A stretch of 64,000 bases of DNA, taken from Phycisphaerales bacterium. GTDB taxonomy: Bacteria > Planctomycetota > Phycisphaerae > Phycisphaerales > SM1A02. The notes under the pieces were generated by a model, which searched no databases, was not told where the DNA came from, and was given only the letters and a program-made list of their open reading frames with translations. The DNA is taken from contig JAZFYE010000126.1 in NCBI GenBank assembly GCA_036475395.1, positions 6,850 to 70,849 on the forward strand. Direction: 5' to 3'. Every line of letters starts with the position of its first letter. Positions within the stretch are counted from its first letter, which is position 1. This document shows positions 16,367 to 26,600 of the stretch, in pieces. The translations under genes and the position numbers were made by a program.

Positions 16367-18234
16367 CGCTTTACCTCTCCACGCCGTTCAGTACAGATGA
16401 CCGTTTCCGTAAAGACGTTCGTCGTTACGTACTTGGCAAAGAAACGATCAAGCACTGCACCGAGTAGAAACAATCCGTTCTCATCGAAGGTCGCGTCGTC
16501 CATGGTTACCGTGATCTCAAGACCTCTAGCGAAGGACGTCGGTCCGCCGACTCCAATCCGCCTAACAATCGAGCGACTGTGAACAGCTAGGATGCCGTCA
16601 ATCTGTTTCCGGATTGCTAACTCGCCCGCATCGCCATACAGAGCCAGGAGCTCGCGCAACGATTCGGCAGCCTCATGATGATCCGTATCGAGGATTGACA
16701 GATAATTCAGCGAGAGGTGGCTGACCAATCGCCACGCGAACTCCCCCTCCGCCCACGACGCTCGTGGCGGCGTTGGGCGCCCCAGGCATCGCACCGCCTG
16801 CATCGGCGCTCCGGTATCGAGCGTGAAGTCAGTCGCACCATCTCCCAGCGGCATGTGTAACGGAAGATCACGATTGGTACACCGTGCCTCTACTCCCAGC
16901 TGTTTCAGATCGGCGCGGTACGGAGCTTCCGCGCTGTCCACAAGAGAGATATACATTTCACTGCCCGCGTAGGAAGTGGTTCGTCGATAGCCCAGGCGCT
17001 CGCGTTCTGAGAGCGTCCGGGGAACCCGCTGCACACTGTAGTACCGGCCAGCCCCTTCGCGTGTTTGATCGTGCGCCGCATAGAACGATTCGAAGACCTG
17101 CTCTGTCGAGTGATCCCGTCCTCCATAGCCGGTGACGTTCAGAATCTGATAGATCTCGTAGTCAAGGGGCGCTGTCCGATCGGCCACCACATTGAACTCT
17201 GAAAATCGATCAGAGAGATGGATCCGATCGAGACGCTTCCGGAACAGGTTGATTGCAGGTGTGCAGAACAAGGCAAAGTTCCGATCGGTGATCGCGACAT
17301 CAAGTTCGGGCTCCACCTCATCCAGTAGCACCGAAATATCCACCGCGTTGCCATTGCACCGGGCGAGGCCCTCCAGCAATCCCGCGATCTCGACAAACAT
17401 AAACCGCTGCGGGAAGGCAAAGAATTCCTGAAGTAGGCGGTATCCCTGGAACGATCGCGGGCCGTAGGGAAGCATGGCCTGATCGTCGTCGAACCCAACG
17501 TGGCACACGACCGATGCGGCGAGCTGCTCGGCAAAGGACGGTGGGCGGCTCACCGCGTGTACCACCACCCCGATCACGTGTGTGAAGAACTGCTCGTAGA
17601 TACGCATCGCCTGACTTCGCGGTCCGCGGATATGAACGACCAAGCGATCGAGCGGCAGATCCGAGAATTGGAACCCTTCCGCACAAGTTAATCTCATGCG
17701 AATGACCGCTCGGGCCCCGCGATCGTCCGGCAACCGAAGCTCTCCGATGTCTCGTGAGTGATATCGCGCCTCTGTCAGGGTGATCGGCCAAAGAACGACG
17801 TCATGCCCGGTGGTATAGATGCAGCGCGTCTGCTGCTTTTCGGCAAGGCCACTTCGAAGCGTGCTCCCGCTGGGTATCAGGTATCCCTCCTGGAGCGATC
17901 CCTGAGTCCTGTCCGGCTCGAACTGCAGCATCGCCATTGACGGCGTCTGACTCAAGTAGTGCGGATAGACCGTTTCGAAGATGCTTTGGGTTAGCCGAGG
18001 GAACCCGGCATCAAGCTTCAATTGCACCCGCGCCGTCAAGAACGCACAGCCTTCGAGCAACCGTTCCACAAACGGATCTGGGCACACCTCGGTGCCAGAG
18101 GGATCGAGGCTCAGTCCGCGCGCGATATCCGGATGCTCACGCGCGAACTCGCCGGCGACATACCGGAGGTGCTCCAGCTCGCGCTCGTAGTAGGCGCTGA
18201 GCCGGTGATGATAATGGCGTGCCCCCTCAGCCAC
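16330..18234 (-). CDS. tssF: T6SS baseplate protein TssF
   Basis: SAYYERELEHLRYVAGEFAREHPDIARGL is the hallmark TssF/ImpG N-terminus. The track ORF (to 18495, TTG) runs 270 nt into tssE as Arg/Ser-rich sequence. An in-frame GTG at 18234 overlaps the tssE stop by 8 nt and is the likely start. Confidence 0.9.
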   Translation of the reverse strand: MAEGARHYHHRLSAYYERELEHLRYVAGEFAREHPDIARGLSLDPSGTEVCPDPFVERLLEGCAFLTARVQLKLDAGFPRLTQSIFETVYPHYLSQTPSMAMLQFEPDRTQGSLQEGYLIPSGSTLRSGLAEKQQTRCIYTTGHDVVLWPITLTEARYHSRDIGELRLPDDRGARAVIRMRLTCAEGFQFSDLPLDRLVVHIRGPRSQAMRIYEQFFTHVIGVVVHAVSRPPSFAEQLAASVVCHVGFDDDQAMLPYGPRSFQGYRLLQEFFAFPQRFMFVEIAGLLEGLARCNGNAVDISVLLDEVEPELDVAITDRNFALFCTPAINLFRKRLDRIHLSDRFSEFNVVADRTAPLDYEIYQILNVTGYGGRDHSTEQVFESFYAAHDQTREGAGRYYSVQRVPRTLSERERLGYRRTTSYAGSEMYISLVDSAEAPYRADLKQLGVEARCTNRDLPLHMPLGDGATDFTLDTGAPMQAVRCLGRPTPPRASWAEGEFAWRLVSHLSLNYLSILDTDHHEAAESLRELLALYGDAGELAIRKQIDGILAVHSRSIVRRIGVGGPTSFARGLEITVTMDDATFDENGLFLLGAVLDRFFAKYVTTNVFTETVICTERRGEVKRWPTRAGLRPIS

Positions 18235-18715
18235 GGCTTCGATCTTGAATGTCGCATCGACCAGACTCGAGATCGACCTGTGTCCTGATATAGATTTCTT
18301 CGGGCGACTGTGGCCCCCACAACTGTCCACGGATCTCGAAGGAAACCGCATTGTGCGTCGAATCAATCTTCCGAACGATGAGCGACCCCGCGGTGATCCG
18401 CGGTTCGAAGCGCTGGATGCTCGTTGCGATGCTGCGCTCGAGTTCGCCCTCAGCGAGTTGCGTTTCGGTGAGACCGGAAATCGGTGTAATACCAAAGTTC
18501 AGCACGGATCGCGTGATTTCAGGAAACTCGTCCCACTCCAACGTCGAGGATCGGCAGGAGGTATTGAGGAGCGCTTCAATATCGGCGAGAACGGAATCTC
18601 GATATCGTTGAAGCCAGGGTAGGCGGCGCCCACCCGCTTCATCTCTTTTTCTGTTCGTGATGCGATCGAGCAGCGACGGCAGCCGTCGCTCGGTCGACGC
18701 GGATCGCTCAGCCAT
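18227..18715 (-). CDS. tssE: T6SS baseplate gp25-like protein TssE
   Basis: LPSLLDRITNRK and SIATSIQRFEPRI are gp25/TssE motifs. ATG 18715 overlaps the tagJ stop by 8 nt. The upstream part of the track ORF (to 18943) is Arg-rich and overlaps tagJ. Confidence 0.85.
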   Translation of the reverse strand: MAERSASTERRLPSLLDRITNRKRDEAGGRRLPWLQRYRDSVLADIEALLNTSCRSSTLEWDEFPEITRSVLNFGITPISGLTETQLAEGELERSIATSIQRFEPRITAGSLIVRKIDSTHNAVSFEIRGQLWGPQSPEEIYIRTQVDLESGRCDIQDRSRG

Positions 18716-19535
18716 GGTTGTCTGCCGTTTCCGCCCTGGATTCGGTTCCGTTTTCCATAACGATGTGACGAATCTCAAGCAATGGAAACTCGTTCGCATT
18801 CGAAACCAACATTCGCTGACCGACGCCGACATAGAAGCCGCTCGCCCGCTCCTCCCAGACCGTCGTGCGCGCCATGGCAACTCGGCTGTCGTCGGCCTCG
18901 CTCGAGTGAGGGTAACGCGACGGCACCAAACCGGCCGACTCACCGCCGTTGGCCCACTTGAAGTACGCCCGTACCCATACCACGTCCCGCAGCTCCGTTG
19001 GAGGTTCGATCACGATCTGGCGGATAGCCGAAAACGGTATCCAGAAGTATCGGCCCTCCACAATCGCTTCGAGGATGGGGCCGAGACGGCTGTCGGCATC
19101 ACCGATCCACTCGAATGGCTGACCGTCGATCGACCCGGAAGCCGGTTCAGCTGCGTCGAACGCCTGTTCAAACAAAGCTTGGGCTTGGTCATAGCGACCC
19201 TCAGCAGAAAGCTGGTTGGCGCTGATAAGCCAGCCAATCCACGGCGGCGGTTCCCCGAACACGATCGGCGTTCGCTGACCTAAGAAGACCTGCTCGCGAA
19301 ATGCCTCACTTTGCAGGGCGGGCCGATATACCGCGGCCATGAGCAGGTTGGCCGAGTCCAAGTCAGCTGCAACATTCAGCTGTGTCAGCGCACGATCCCA
19401 TTGGCCGAGGACGCAGAGCAATTGGAACAGAAAGACCCGACGCTCCCCGTCAGAAGGATCGTCCCGAACCGCCTCTTGAAGTTCGGACAAAGCCTCTGAG
19501 AGATCGCCTTCCTTCAGGCTCTGCTCGGCCAGCAT
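18708..19535 (-). CDS. tagJ: T6SS accessory protein TagJ (ImpE family)
   Basis: N-terminus LAEQSLKEGDLSEALSELQEAVRDDPSDGERRVFLFQLLCVLGQWDRALTQL and C-terminus RYFWIPFSAIRQI...LRDVVWVRA...LVPSRYPHS match the ImpE pattern. ATG 19535 has AAGGAAGG 8 nt upstream. Confidence 0.8.
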   Translation of the reverse strand: MLAEQSLKEGDLSEALSELQEAVRDDPSDGERRVFLFQLLCVLGQWDRALTQLNVAADLDSANLLMAAVYRPALQSEAFREQVFLGQRTPIVFGEPPPWIGWLISANQLSAEGRYDQAQALFEQAFDAAEPASGSIDGQPFEWIGDADSRLGPILEAIVEGRYFWIPFSAIRQIVIEPPTELRDVVWVRAYFKWANGGESAGLVPSRYPHSSEADDSRVAMARTTVWEERASGFYVGVGQRMLVSNANEFPLLEIRHIVMENGTESRAETADNHG

Positions 19536-19642
19536 TGAGATCACCTTCCTTCATCACATGCCACAGCGCCGATACACGCCTGTCTGTCGAGCATCGCATC
19601 GACACTGTGCATCGCATGCCAACGACCGCAACCATCTCTGGA

Positions 19643-20128
19643 TCAGTCTTGCTTGTTCGTCTCCAGGTTCCACGTCCGATCCACGGTGGCTCCGGCCGCG
19701 CCGGCCTGATCGATCGGAGTGTACTCCCATTTGATCTTTCCGTAGGCGAAGCTGACTTCCTCCATCGGGCGATCGCCCCCCTGGGAGCCGCTCGGTGAGA
19801 CGGCGCTCACAATCACATCGGTCAAGGTGTACTTCATGAAGCAGTGCTTGTCTTCGGTGGCCAGACAGAACTCCGCCTCGACCGTCGGAATGTGCTTGCC
19901 ATTAGCGCAATAAATGTGCAGATCCGCGGTGGCCTTATCGATGGTCTTCGTGACGCTGAAAGGCATGAAGTCGGCGCGACCGCCTGTGCGACCGCCCGTC
20001 CCACTCGCACCCGACACCGGCTGCGAGACGCCATGGTTGAACGCCACGATCTCGATCCAGTCCGTGTGTCCGTCGTCCGTGCTCTCACCATCTATTCCCT
20101 CGATGCTCAAGAACATATCAGTGGCCAT
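19643..20128 (-). CDS. hcp: T6SS inner tube protein Hcp (TssD)
   Basis: 161 aa. MATDMFLSIEGIDGESTDDGHTDWIEIVAFNHGVSQPV is a canonical Hcp start. AAAGGAG RBS. Confidence 0.95.
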   Translation of the reverse strand: MATDMFLSIEGIDGESTDDGHTDWIEIVAFNHGVSQPVSGASGTGGRTGGRADFMPFSVTKTIDKATADLHIYCANGKHIPTVEAEFCLATEDKHCFMKYTLTDVIVSAVSPSGSQGGDRPMEEVSFAYGKIKWEYTPIDQAGAAGATVDRTWNLETNKQD

Positions 20129-20222
20129 CCAAGACTCCTTTCGTCTTTGTACCTATTTGAATTCAGAACGGAACCAACTCACAAACCCAAGTCTCCCTGC
20201 CTGAGATCGCAGTGCTCTAGCA

Positions 20223-21725
20223 CTACGCACCTTTGACAGAGGGTAGTTTCGAAACCAGTCGCAGTGAGACCGTCAGACCCTCAAGCTGATAATGCGGTCT
20301 CAGGAAAATCTTAGCGGTGTAGTAGCCGGGGTTCCCCTCGACTTCGAGCACCTGGACTTCAGCGGCGGCGAGCGGCTTCCGCGCCTTGTCCTCCTCCGAT
20401 GCCGTCTCCGGGTTCGGCTCAACATAGTTTTGGACCCACCTGTTGAGCCACTTCTCCATGTCGGAGCGCTCCTTGAACGAACCGATCTTGTCACGAACGA
20501 TGCACTTAAGGAAGTGCCCAAATCGAGAGGCCGCGAACATATAAGGTAGTCGCGCGCCAAGGTTCGCGTTTGCCGTCGCATCCGGGTCGTCGTACTCGGC
20601 CGGCTTGTGAAGCGATTGCGCTCCGATGAAGACCGAGTAGTCGGTGTTCTTCCAGTGCGAGAGCGGGATGAGCCCGTTCTTGGCGAGTTCAGCCTCGCGA
20701 CGGTCAGTGATGGCGATCTCAGTCGGGCATTTCATGTCGACACCGCCGTCATCAGTCGGGAAGGTGTGGCAGGGCAAGCCTTCGACCATCCCGCCGCTCT
20801 CCACCCCGCGGATCCGAGTGCACCAACCGTACAGCTTGAATGCCTTATTGATGTTCACCCCCATCGCGTAGGAGGCATTTGACCAAGTGTATTTGCCGTG
20901 ATCGGATCCGTCCGTGGTCTCCTCGAATGCAAACTCCTCGACGGGGTTGGTCTTTGCGCCGTAGGGCAGTCGCGACAGGAAGCGAGGCATTGTGAGTCCG
21001 ATGTATTTGGCATCGTCCGCCTCACGAAGCGACCGCCACGCGGCGTAATCGGCGGTTTGGAAGATCTTCGTGATGTCCCGTGGGTCGCCGAGCTGCTGCC
21101 ACGACTCCATATTCGCCAAGGACGGCGCGGCGGCCGCGAAAAACGGTGCATGAGCGGCGGCCGCGATCTGTGCCATCTCCCCGAGCAATTCGACATCCGG
21201 CGGCGAATTATCAAAATCGTAGTCGCCAATAAGGCATCCATACGGCTCGCCGCCGGGCATTCCGAACTCGTGCTCGTAGATGGCCTTGAACATTGGGCTC
21301 TGGTCCCACAACGTCCCCTTGAACTTCCTCAAAGTCTTGGAAAGCTCCTTCTTGGAGACGTTGAGCACGCGGATCTTGAGCATCTCGTCCGTCTCGGTGT
21401 TGTTGACGAGATGATGAAGGCCTCGCCACGACCCCTCTACTTGTTGGAAGTTGGGGTGGTGGATGATTTGATTGATCTGTTCGGTTAGTCTCTCGTCGAG
21501 CTCGGCGACGTACGCCTCCATCGTCTTGACGGCGTCCTCGGGAACGAGGGCCTTGGATTCCGCGAGCACGTGCTTCGCGAATTCGCGCACCGCGAACTCG
21601 ACCTGAGCCTGCGCGGCGTCGGTTTTCGCGCGAACAGCTCGGCTCATGATGTCAATGAAGACATCCGGATTTTCTTCCTCGACGGCCTGGACCTGCGACT
21701 GTGCCTGTTCATTTGCTTCAGCCAT
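20223..21725 (-). CDS. tssC: T6SS contractile sheath large subunit TssC (VipB)
   Basis: HHPNFQQVEGSWRGLHHLV, GGEPYGCLIGDYDFD, LTMPRFLSRLPYG and NLGARLPYMFAASRFGHFLK are present. ATG 21725 (MAEANEQ...) overlaps the tssB stop by 8 nt. The track start at 21758 is a GTG inside tssB. Confidence 0.95.
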   Translation of the reverse strand: MAEANEQAQSQVQAVEEENPDVFIDIMSRAVRAKTDAAQAQVEFAVREFAKHVLAESKALVPEDAVKTMEAYVAELDERLTEQINQIIHHPNFQQVEGSWRGLHHLVNNTETDEMLKIRVLNVSKKELSKTLRKFKGTLWDQSPMFKAIYEHEFGMPGGEPYGCLIGDYDFDNSPPDVELLGEMAQIAAAAHAPFFAAAAPSLANMESWQQLGDPRDITKIFQTADYAAWRSLREADDAKYIGLTMPRFLSRLPYGAKTNPVEEFAFEETTDGSDHGKYTWSNASYAMGVNINKAFKLYGWCTRIRGVESGGMVEGLPCHTFPTDDGGVDMKCPTEIAITDRREAELAKNGLIPLSHWKNTDYSVFIGAQSLHKPAEYDDPDATANANLGARLPYMFAASRFGHFLKCIVRDKIGSFKERSDMEKWLNRWVQNYVEPNPETASEEDKARKPLAAAEVQVLEVEGNPGYYTAKIFLRPHYQLEGLTVSLRLVSKLPSVKGA

Positions 21726-22311
21726 CGGATTGCGACTCCTCGGGTTGCGACTCTCCACCAGCGACTGCGTCCCCGTTGCCGCCTGCGGCCGCGGTCGGCG
21801 CAGAGGCCAGAGCTTCCAGCAGACCCTTCTTGTTCATTAAATCCACCATGAGTTTCTCAGCCTTCGCCTTCCCGTCCATTTTGGTCAGAAACTCCGAAAG
21901 CTGCGTCCGGGCGTCGAGCAACTCCTTCAGCGCATCGACGTTACGGGCCACCGCGGCGGGAGAAAAGTCGTCCATGCTCTCGAACGTGATATCCACGCTC
22001 AGTTCCCCCTCGTTGGTCAGCGTGTTCGGGACGCGCATGGTCACCTTGGGTTTCAACGCCTTCATGCGATCGTCGAAGTTGTCGACGTCGATCTCGAGGA
22101 ACTTGCGATCGGGGATAGCTCCCCGTGCCGTCTTGTGTTTGTCGTCAACGTCATCGCCCGTCTCTTGCTGGCCGCTCAGATCTGCCATGACCCCCATCAC
22201 AAACGGCAAGCTGATCATCTTCTCTGCCCCGTAGAGCTCGAGGTCGTACTCGATTTGTACTCGCGGAGCGCGGTTGCGGCCGATGAACTTCTGGGCACTT
22301 TTCTTGGCCAT
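21718..22311 (-). CDS. tssB: T6SS contractile sheath small subunit TssB (VipA)
   Basis: MAKKSAQKFIGRNRAPRVQIEYDLELYGAEKMISLPFVMGVMADLSG is canonical VipA. 197 aa. Confidence 0.95.
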   Translation of the reverse strand: MAKKSAQKFIGRNRAPRVQIEYDLELYGAEKMISLPFVMGVMADLSGQQETGDDVDDKHKTARGAIPDRKFLEIDVDNFDDRMKALKPKVTMRVPNTLTNEGELSVDITFESMDDFSPAAVARNVDALKELLDARTQLSEFLTKMDGKAKAEKLMVDLMNKKGLLEALASAPTAAAGGNGDAVAGGESQPEESQSDG

Positions 22312-22390
22312 CGAATTCTCCTTACTTTCTTCCGGAAAACAAAGTCAACGCAGCTGTCCCCGCTCCGGGCCGGAGGCCAAGGGCTTGGCG

Positions 22391-23446
22391 CTAGCCGCCG
22401 TCCCCCCCACTGAAAAGATGGCTGAGATGCTTGAGCGCTTCGGGGCTCAGATACTCAGCGATCTCAACGTAGCTCGCTGACACGAGCCGCTTGGCCCCAC
22501 CCAGCAGCAGGGGCACCGGACTCGAGGGCTCGTGGTTAGCATAATACCGACAAAGCCGGTCAAGTGCCAGGCGGACATCCTCCCGCGAGCGAATCTCACC
22601 GGAGTTCGGGCTTGCCGCTCCGGCGGCGCCGGTCGCTGAAGCCGCCTCGGCGGTCGAGACGCCGATGCCACGGCGAGCCATCTGAGCACGCAGGACCGTC
22701 AGGATCTCGCCCAGGGCACCCAACAGTGGCTTGCCATCGGGCGCTCTCTCAGGACCGACCTTGGACGTGAGGATCCCGTTGATCTGTTCCGCCTCCCCCA
22801 TCGCCGTCACCACGGCCTGCTCCATCGCCGTGAGCCTCTCCGGCGGCGTGTCCTCGAAGGCGCCGTCGATCGTGGCCATTTCTGGCACCTCTTCACCTGC
22901 GGAAACATCCGCGTGAAATCGCTCATCCGAGGCTGCGATCCCAATGTCCCGTAGCGAAAACCGCCCCAGCTGCCGCGAATCGGTTAGCGGACATTCGTAC
23001 AGCTTGCGAATGAACTCGATTCGATCCCTGTAGGCTCCCAGCGGGGTATACAAAGACTCAAGCGTGTTGAGGCGTTCAGTCGGGTCGTTCCCGTCGTCCG
23101 GATCGAGTTGGGGGTGAACTTGGTCCCAGTACTGCTCGAGCGTGCGACGCAAAAGCGCGAGACCTTCCGCAACTCCCTCCCATCCTTCCGTGACCAACTT
23201 CGCCACGCAGAGCAACGTCCCAAGGCGAAGGTCCTTCGTCTGACCCAGCAACTCGGTACAACGATCAAGCACGGCCGGCCAGTCCGGATTTTCCGCCGGC
23301 TTGATTGTCTCGCCAATCTGCTGTTCGGGCATTCCCTTGGCCAGTCCCTCGATCTCGGTATACGCCGCTTCGTAGACCATGCTCCGCCCACATGGATGGT
23401 CTTGATCGACGGGAGTCAACAGCGCTTCTAGATCAAACGAACCCAT
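22391..23446 (-). CDS. tssA: T6SS protein TssA (ImpA_N family)
   Basis: MGSFDLEALLTPVDQDHPCGRSMVYEAAYTEIEGLAK is an ImpA N-domain. The C-terminus HEPSSPVPLLLGGAKRLV is typical. I chose ATG 23446; the upstream part of the track ORF is low-complexity. Confidence 0.85.
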   Translation of the reverse strand: MGSFDLEALLTPVDQDHPCGRSMVYEAAYTEIEGLAKGMPEQQIGETIKPAENPDWPAVLDRCTELLGQTKDLRLGTLLCVAKLVTEGWEGVAEGLALLRRTLEQYWDQVHPQLDPDDGNDPTERLNTLESLYTPLGAYRDRIEFIRKLYECPLTDSRQLGRFSLRDIGIAASDERFHADVSAGEEVPEMATIDGAFEDTPPERLTAMEQAVVTAMGEAEQINGILTSKVGPERAPDGKPLLGALGEILTVLRAQMARRGIGVSTAEAASATGAAGAASPNSGEIRSREDVRLALDRLCRYYANHEPSSPVPLLLGGAKRLVSASYVEIAEYLSPEALKHLSHLFSGGDGG

Positions 23447-23636
23447 GTTCCTTCTTGCCCGGGATGTCGCCGACTGGCGGCTGTTCGACGTCGTCGCGTC
23501 AACCGCCCCTTCGCGTTCTGCTAGGGAAACGGCGGCATCGCCCTTGAACGCCCCGCCGCTCAGTCGCACGACACGGCCCTGTCACAGGTCTCCTCTGGTC
23601 ATTCTACGATTACGGCGCGCGGCGCGCAGCGAACGA

Positions 23637-26600
23637 TTACTCTCCTTGCTCAGGCATCGTCCTGACCGCTTCCAATACGTCCTGGAAAAAACTCTGCGTC
23701 ACGGGAGGCTTGAAATCATCCAAAATGAAGCCTCTCGGCCTGCTGAGTTCGTATCGCGTCGGCCCTGCAATGCTCAGCTCTTGGAGCACTTGATCCAGAA
23801 GACGAAGGTCCGCCAGGGCGACTCGGTTCGCGACGCGTACGAGATAAACTACAAACCCCTCAGGGGTGGTGGCCTCCTTGGCTCTGTCTGCCGTGTCCTG
23901 ATAGTCGTTCCACGCGACCTTAAGTCGATCCCGAACATCGTTAGGCGCGTCCACCGGTGCGAGTTGCTTGTAGCGGTCGAGCGAGCCTTGCGTCAGCGTT
24001 GGATGCATTCTGTCCAAAAGTATTGTGTGTATGTCGGACGGGAAATCGACTCGGGTTTCGCCCGAATCATCAAACAACGCTCTACCGGCAGAGAGCGACT
24101 GTTCCTCCGGGGCGGTGAGCGATCGTGCCCTGATTCGAAGGTTCCGCAGGAGTTCCTCCACAGCCGTGGCGCCCAGTGTGAGTCCCTGCTCAATCTTTTC
24201 GGTCTCTGACTCACGCACCACGGCGCCTGCGATCGTCACGGCGACGTTGGCGTTTGTCGGCCCCTGCGCCGTCAGATCGAAGAAGACTCCATGGGAATGC
24301 ATCAGATCGGCGGAGGTAATCTCTTGCCCAAAGGCCCGCATGATGAAGCCTTGTAACGTGCCCAGGGCGTCGCCGTCACCGTTGGGGTTCGCAAACAGGA
24401 CGATACCGCCTCCCAGCACAATCGGGTTGACGCTGAAGAAGAATCGGCCCCCGGCCACAAAATCAAGGCCTAGATCGAAGATGATGTTGCCGAACGCATC
24501 GATGACGAAACCGGGTTCGCGGCTGAGCAGGAAAATCTGACCCGCGTTCACGATCAAATCACCTAGGGTATTGATGTCACCCAGGGTTGCGGTGCCGCCC
24601 AGCAAATCGATCAGCAGGTCGCCGAGCACGGTCAGCTTTTGATTCTGACCCATCGTGAAGTTCGCGGCGAAGATCCTCAGGTGACCGGTCGAGCCGATGG
24701 TAGCGAACGCGGGTACCGAGTTCAGCGCTTGGTTGAAGATCACGTCGCCGGTCGAATGGATCTCGAAAACCGCGTCGTCAAACAGCATGAAACCGGCCAC
24801 GTCTGTCTCGAACCCGGCCAGCGCCGCGTTGACGCCAATATCACCCTGGAACAGGGCATCTCCGCCAGTCTTGATAAACAGGAGGAATGGCCCGTCGATC
24901 GTGCTGCGGAAGATGATGCCGACGACTCCCAGATCGATGAGGTCTGCATTACCGATGAGGATCACGGCGTCGCCGAACTCCATGCCGTCAAGAACCGTGA
25001 TATCGCCGCCGATGAAGGTGACACCATCGACAAAGAGGTGGCCGACAGCCTCAATGATGTCCTGGAACGTGGTCGTGTCGGCATCGACGGAGAGATCGAA
25101 CGCGTGGCCGTGGATGGCGCCCTCGAACAGGATGTCGTCTCCCTCAAAGAGCGTATCGTGACCGAGGTCAACCTCGCCTTCATAAGTCTGATCGCCGCTT
25201 GTCGTGATCAAGCCGCCGTTGATTTGAACATCATCTTCAACGGTCAGGTCCCCCGCTCGCACGTCGACCGCCCCATCGAGCCGGATGCCAGCGCCTCCGC
25301 CGAGCGTCAGATTGCCGCCCATGGTTTTCGTCAGACTTTCTTGTGCCCATAGCGATCCGGTCACGGCATCGATGCGCTGATTACCGGCGCCGTCCAGTAT
25401 CCCGTCTCCCATGAGGGTGATGTTGTCGCTCGCCGTCAGATCACCCTCGACGGAGAAGTCATCCTGAATCGTCAGGCTGCCGTTGACGACGTCCACGTCG
25501 CCGTTCAGGTCGATGCCGACATTGCCGGCCAGTGTCAGGTTACCGGCGCCCGTCTTGTGCATATCGCCGTCGGCCGTCAGCACGTCGCCTGCGACGACGC
25601 TCTGATTGCCCGTACGATCAAGGACAACCTCGCCCATCAGGTTCAGATCACCGGTCGTCGCCTGCGTCAGCGCGCCGCCCAGCTTGATGGTCGTACCTTG
25701 CAGCGTCAGGTCATCGGTGGCCTTGGTCACGTTCCCGTCGATGTCCAGAATGCCGCCCGCCAAGGCGGTTTGATCACCGGACCCATCAAAGACAACATTG
25801 CCCATCAGGTTCAGATCACCGGTCGTCGCCTGCGTCAGCGCGCCGCCCAGCTCGATGGTCGTACCCTTCAGCGTCAGGTCATTGGTGGCCTTCGTCACGT
25901 TCCCGTTGATATCCAGAACGCCAGTGCCGGCGTCGGCTGTCTGGGCGCCGGTCCCGTCGAAAACAACGTTGCCGTCAAAGAGGATTCCATTGGTGGTCGT
26001 GACGTCGCCGGCCACTTTCGCGTAGCCGACGACCTCCAGGCTCTTCAGCGCCGTGATAGATCCAACATTCCCATCGAAATCGATGGTACCGGCCTCTACG
26101 TTCAAACTCTGGCCACCTGCTGTAAGGGCGTCCACCGTGTCGGTGAAGTGAATGGTGGCCGATCCGCCCGCCATAAGCTCAACATCATCAATGAGGATCA
26201 CAGAACCGTCGTAGGTCTGATCACCCGTCGTGTCGACAGTGGGAGCGACGCCGTTTGACCCGAGCCGAATGTCATAAGCATTGCCAACTGTCATAGTGAC
26301 TTCATGTGCGACAATAGCGCCCGTGTGCTCGATATCACCGGAAGCAGCCGTAAAGACGACTTCACTTCCAGATGCGTCGATCGTGCCGGAGTTATTAATG
26401 GCCATGGCCCACAGGTCGCCCGCGCCAAGAACGACTTGGCCGTTCGTCACACTCAGGGTGCCGGTGTTAGTGACGCCAGTTGTGCCGGCCACAGTGCCAC
26501 CGCCACCGGTGAGCTGAACGCTGACCCCTCCGCCAACCGGCGTGAGCGTGACGCCACTAGCTGAGATCATAGTGATCACACCGCCGTTACCGGCAATAAT

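Noticed and set aside
18235-18943. Track-predicted long N-termini of tssF (to 18495) and tssE (to 18943)
   Set aside because: Both extensions overlap the preceding genes by hundreds of nt and encode Arg/Ser-rich filler. Conserved family N-termini begin at GTG 18234 and ATG 18715, each overlapping the upstream stop by 8 nt.
19591-19617. Direct 9-mer repeat gcatcgcat (19591 and 19609) in the hcp-tagJ spacer, considered as a regulatory element
   Set aside because: It is short and has low information content. It could be an RNA-processing or attenuator feature between the highly expressed hcp and downstream genes, but nothing in the sequence alone supports a call.
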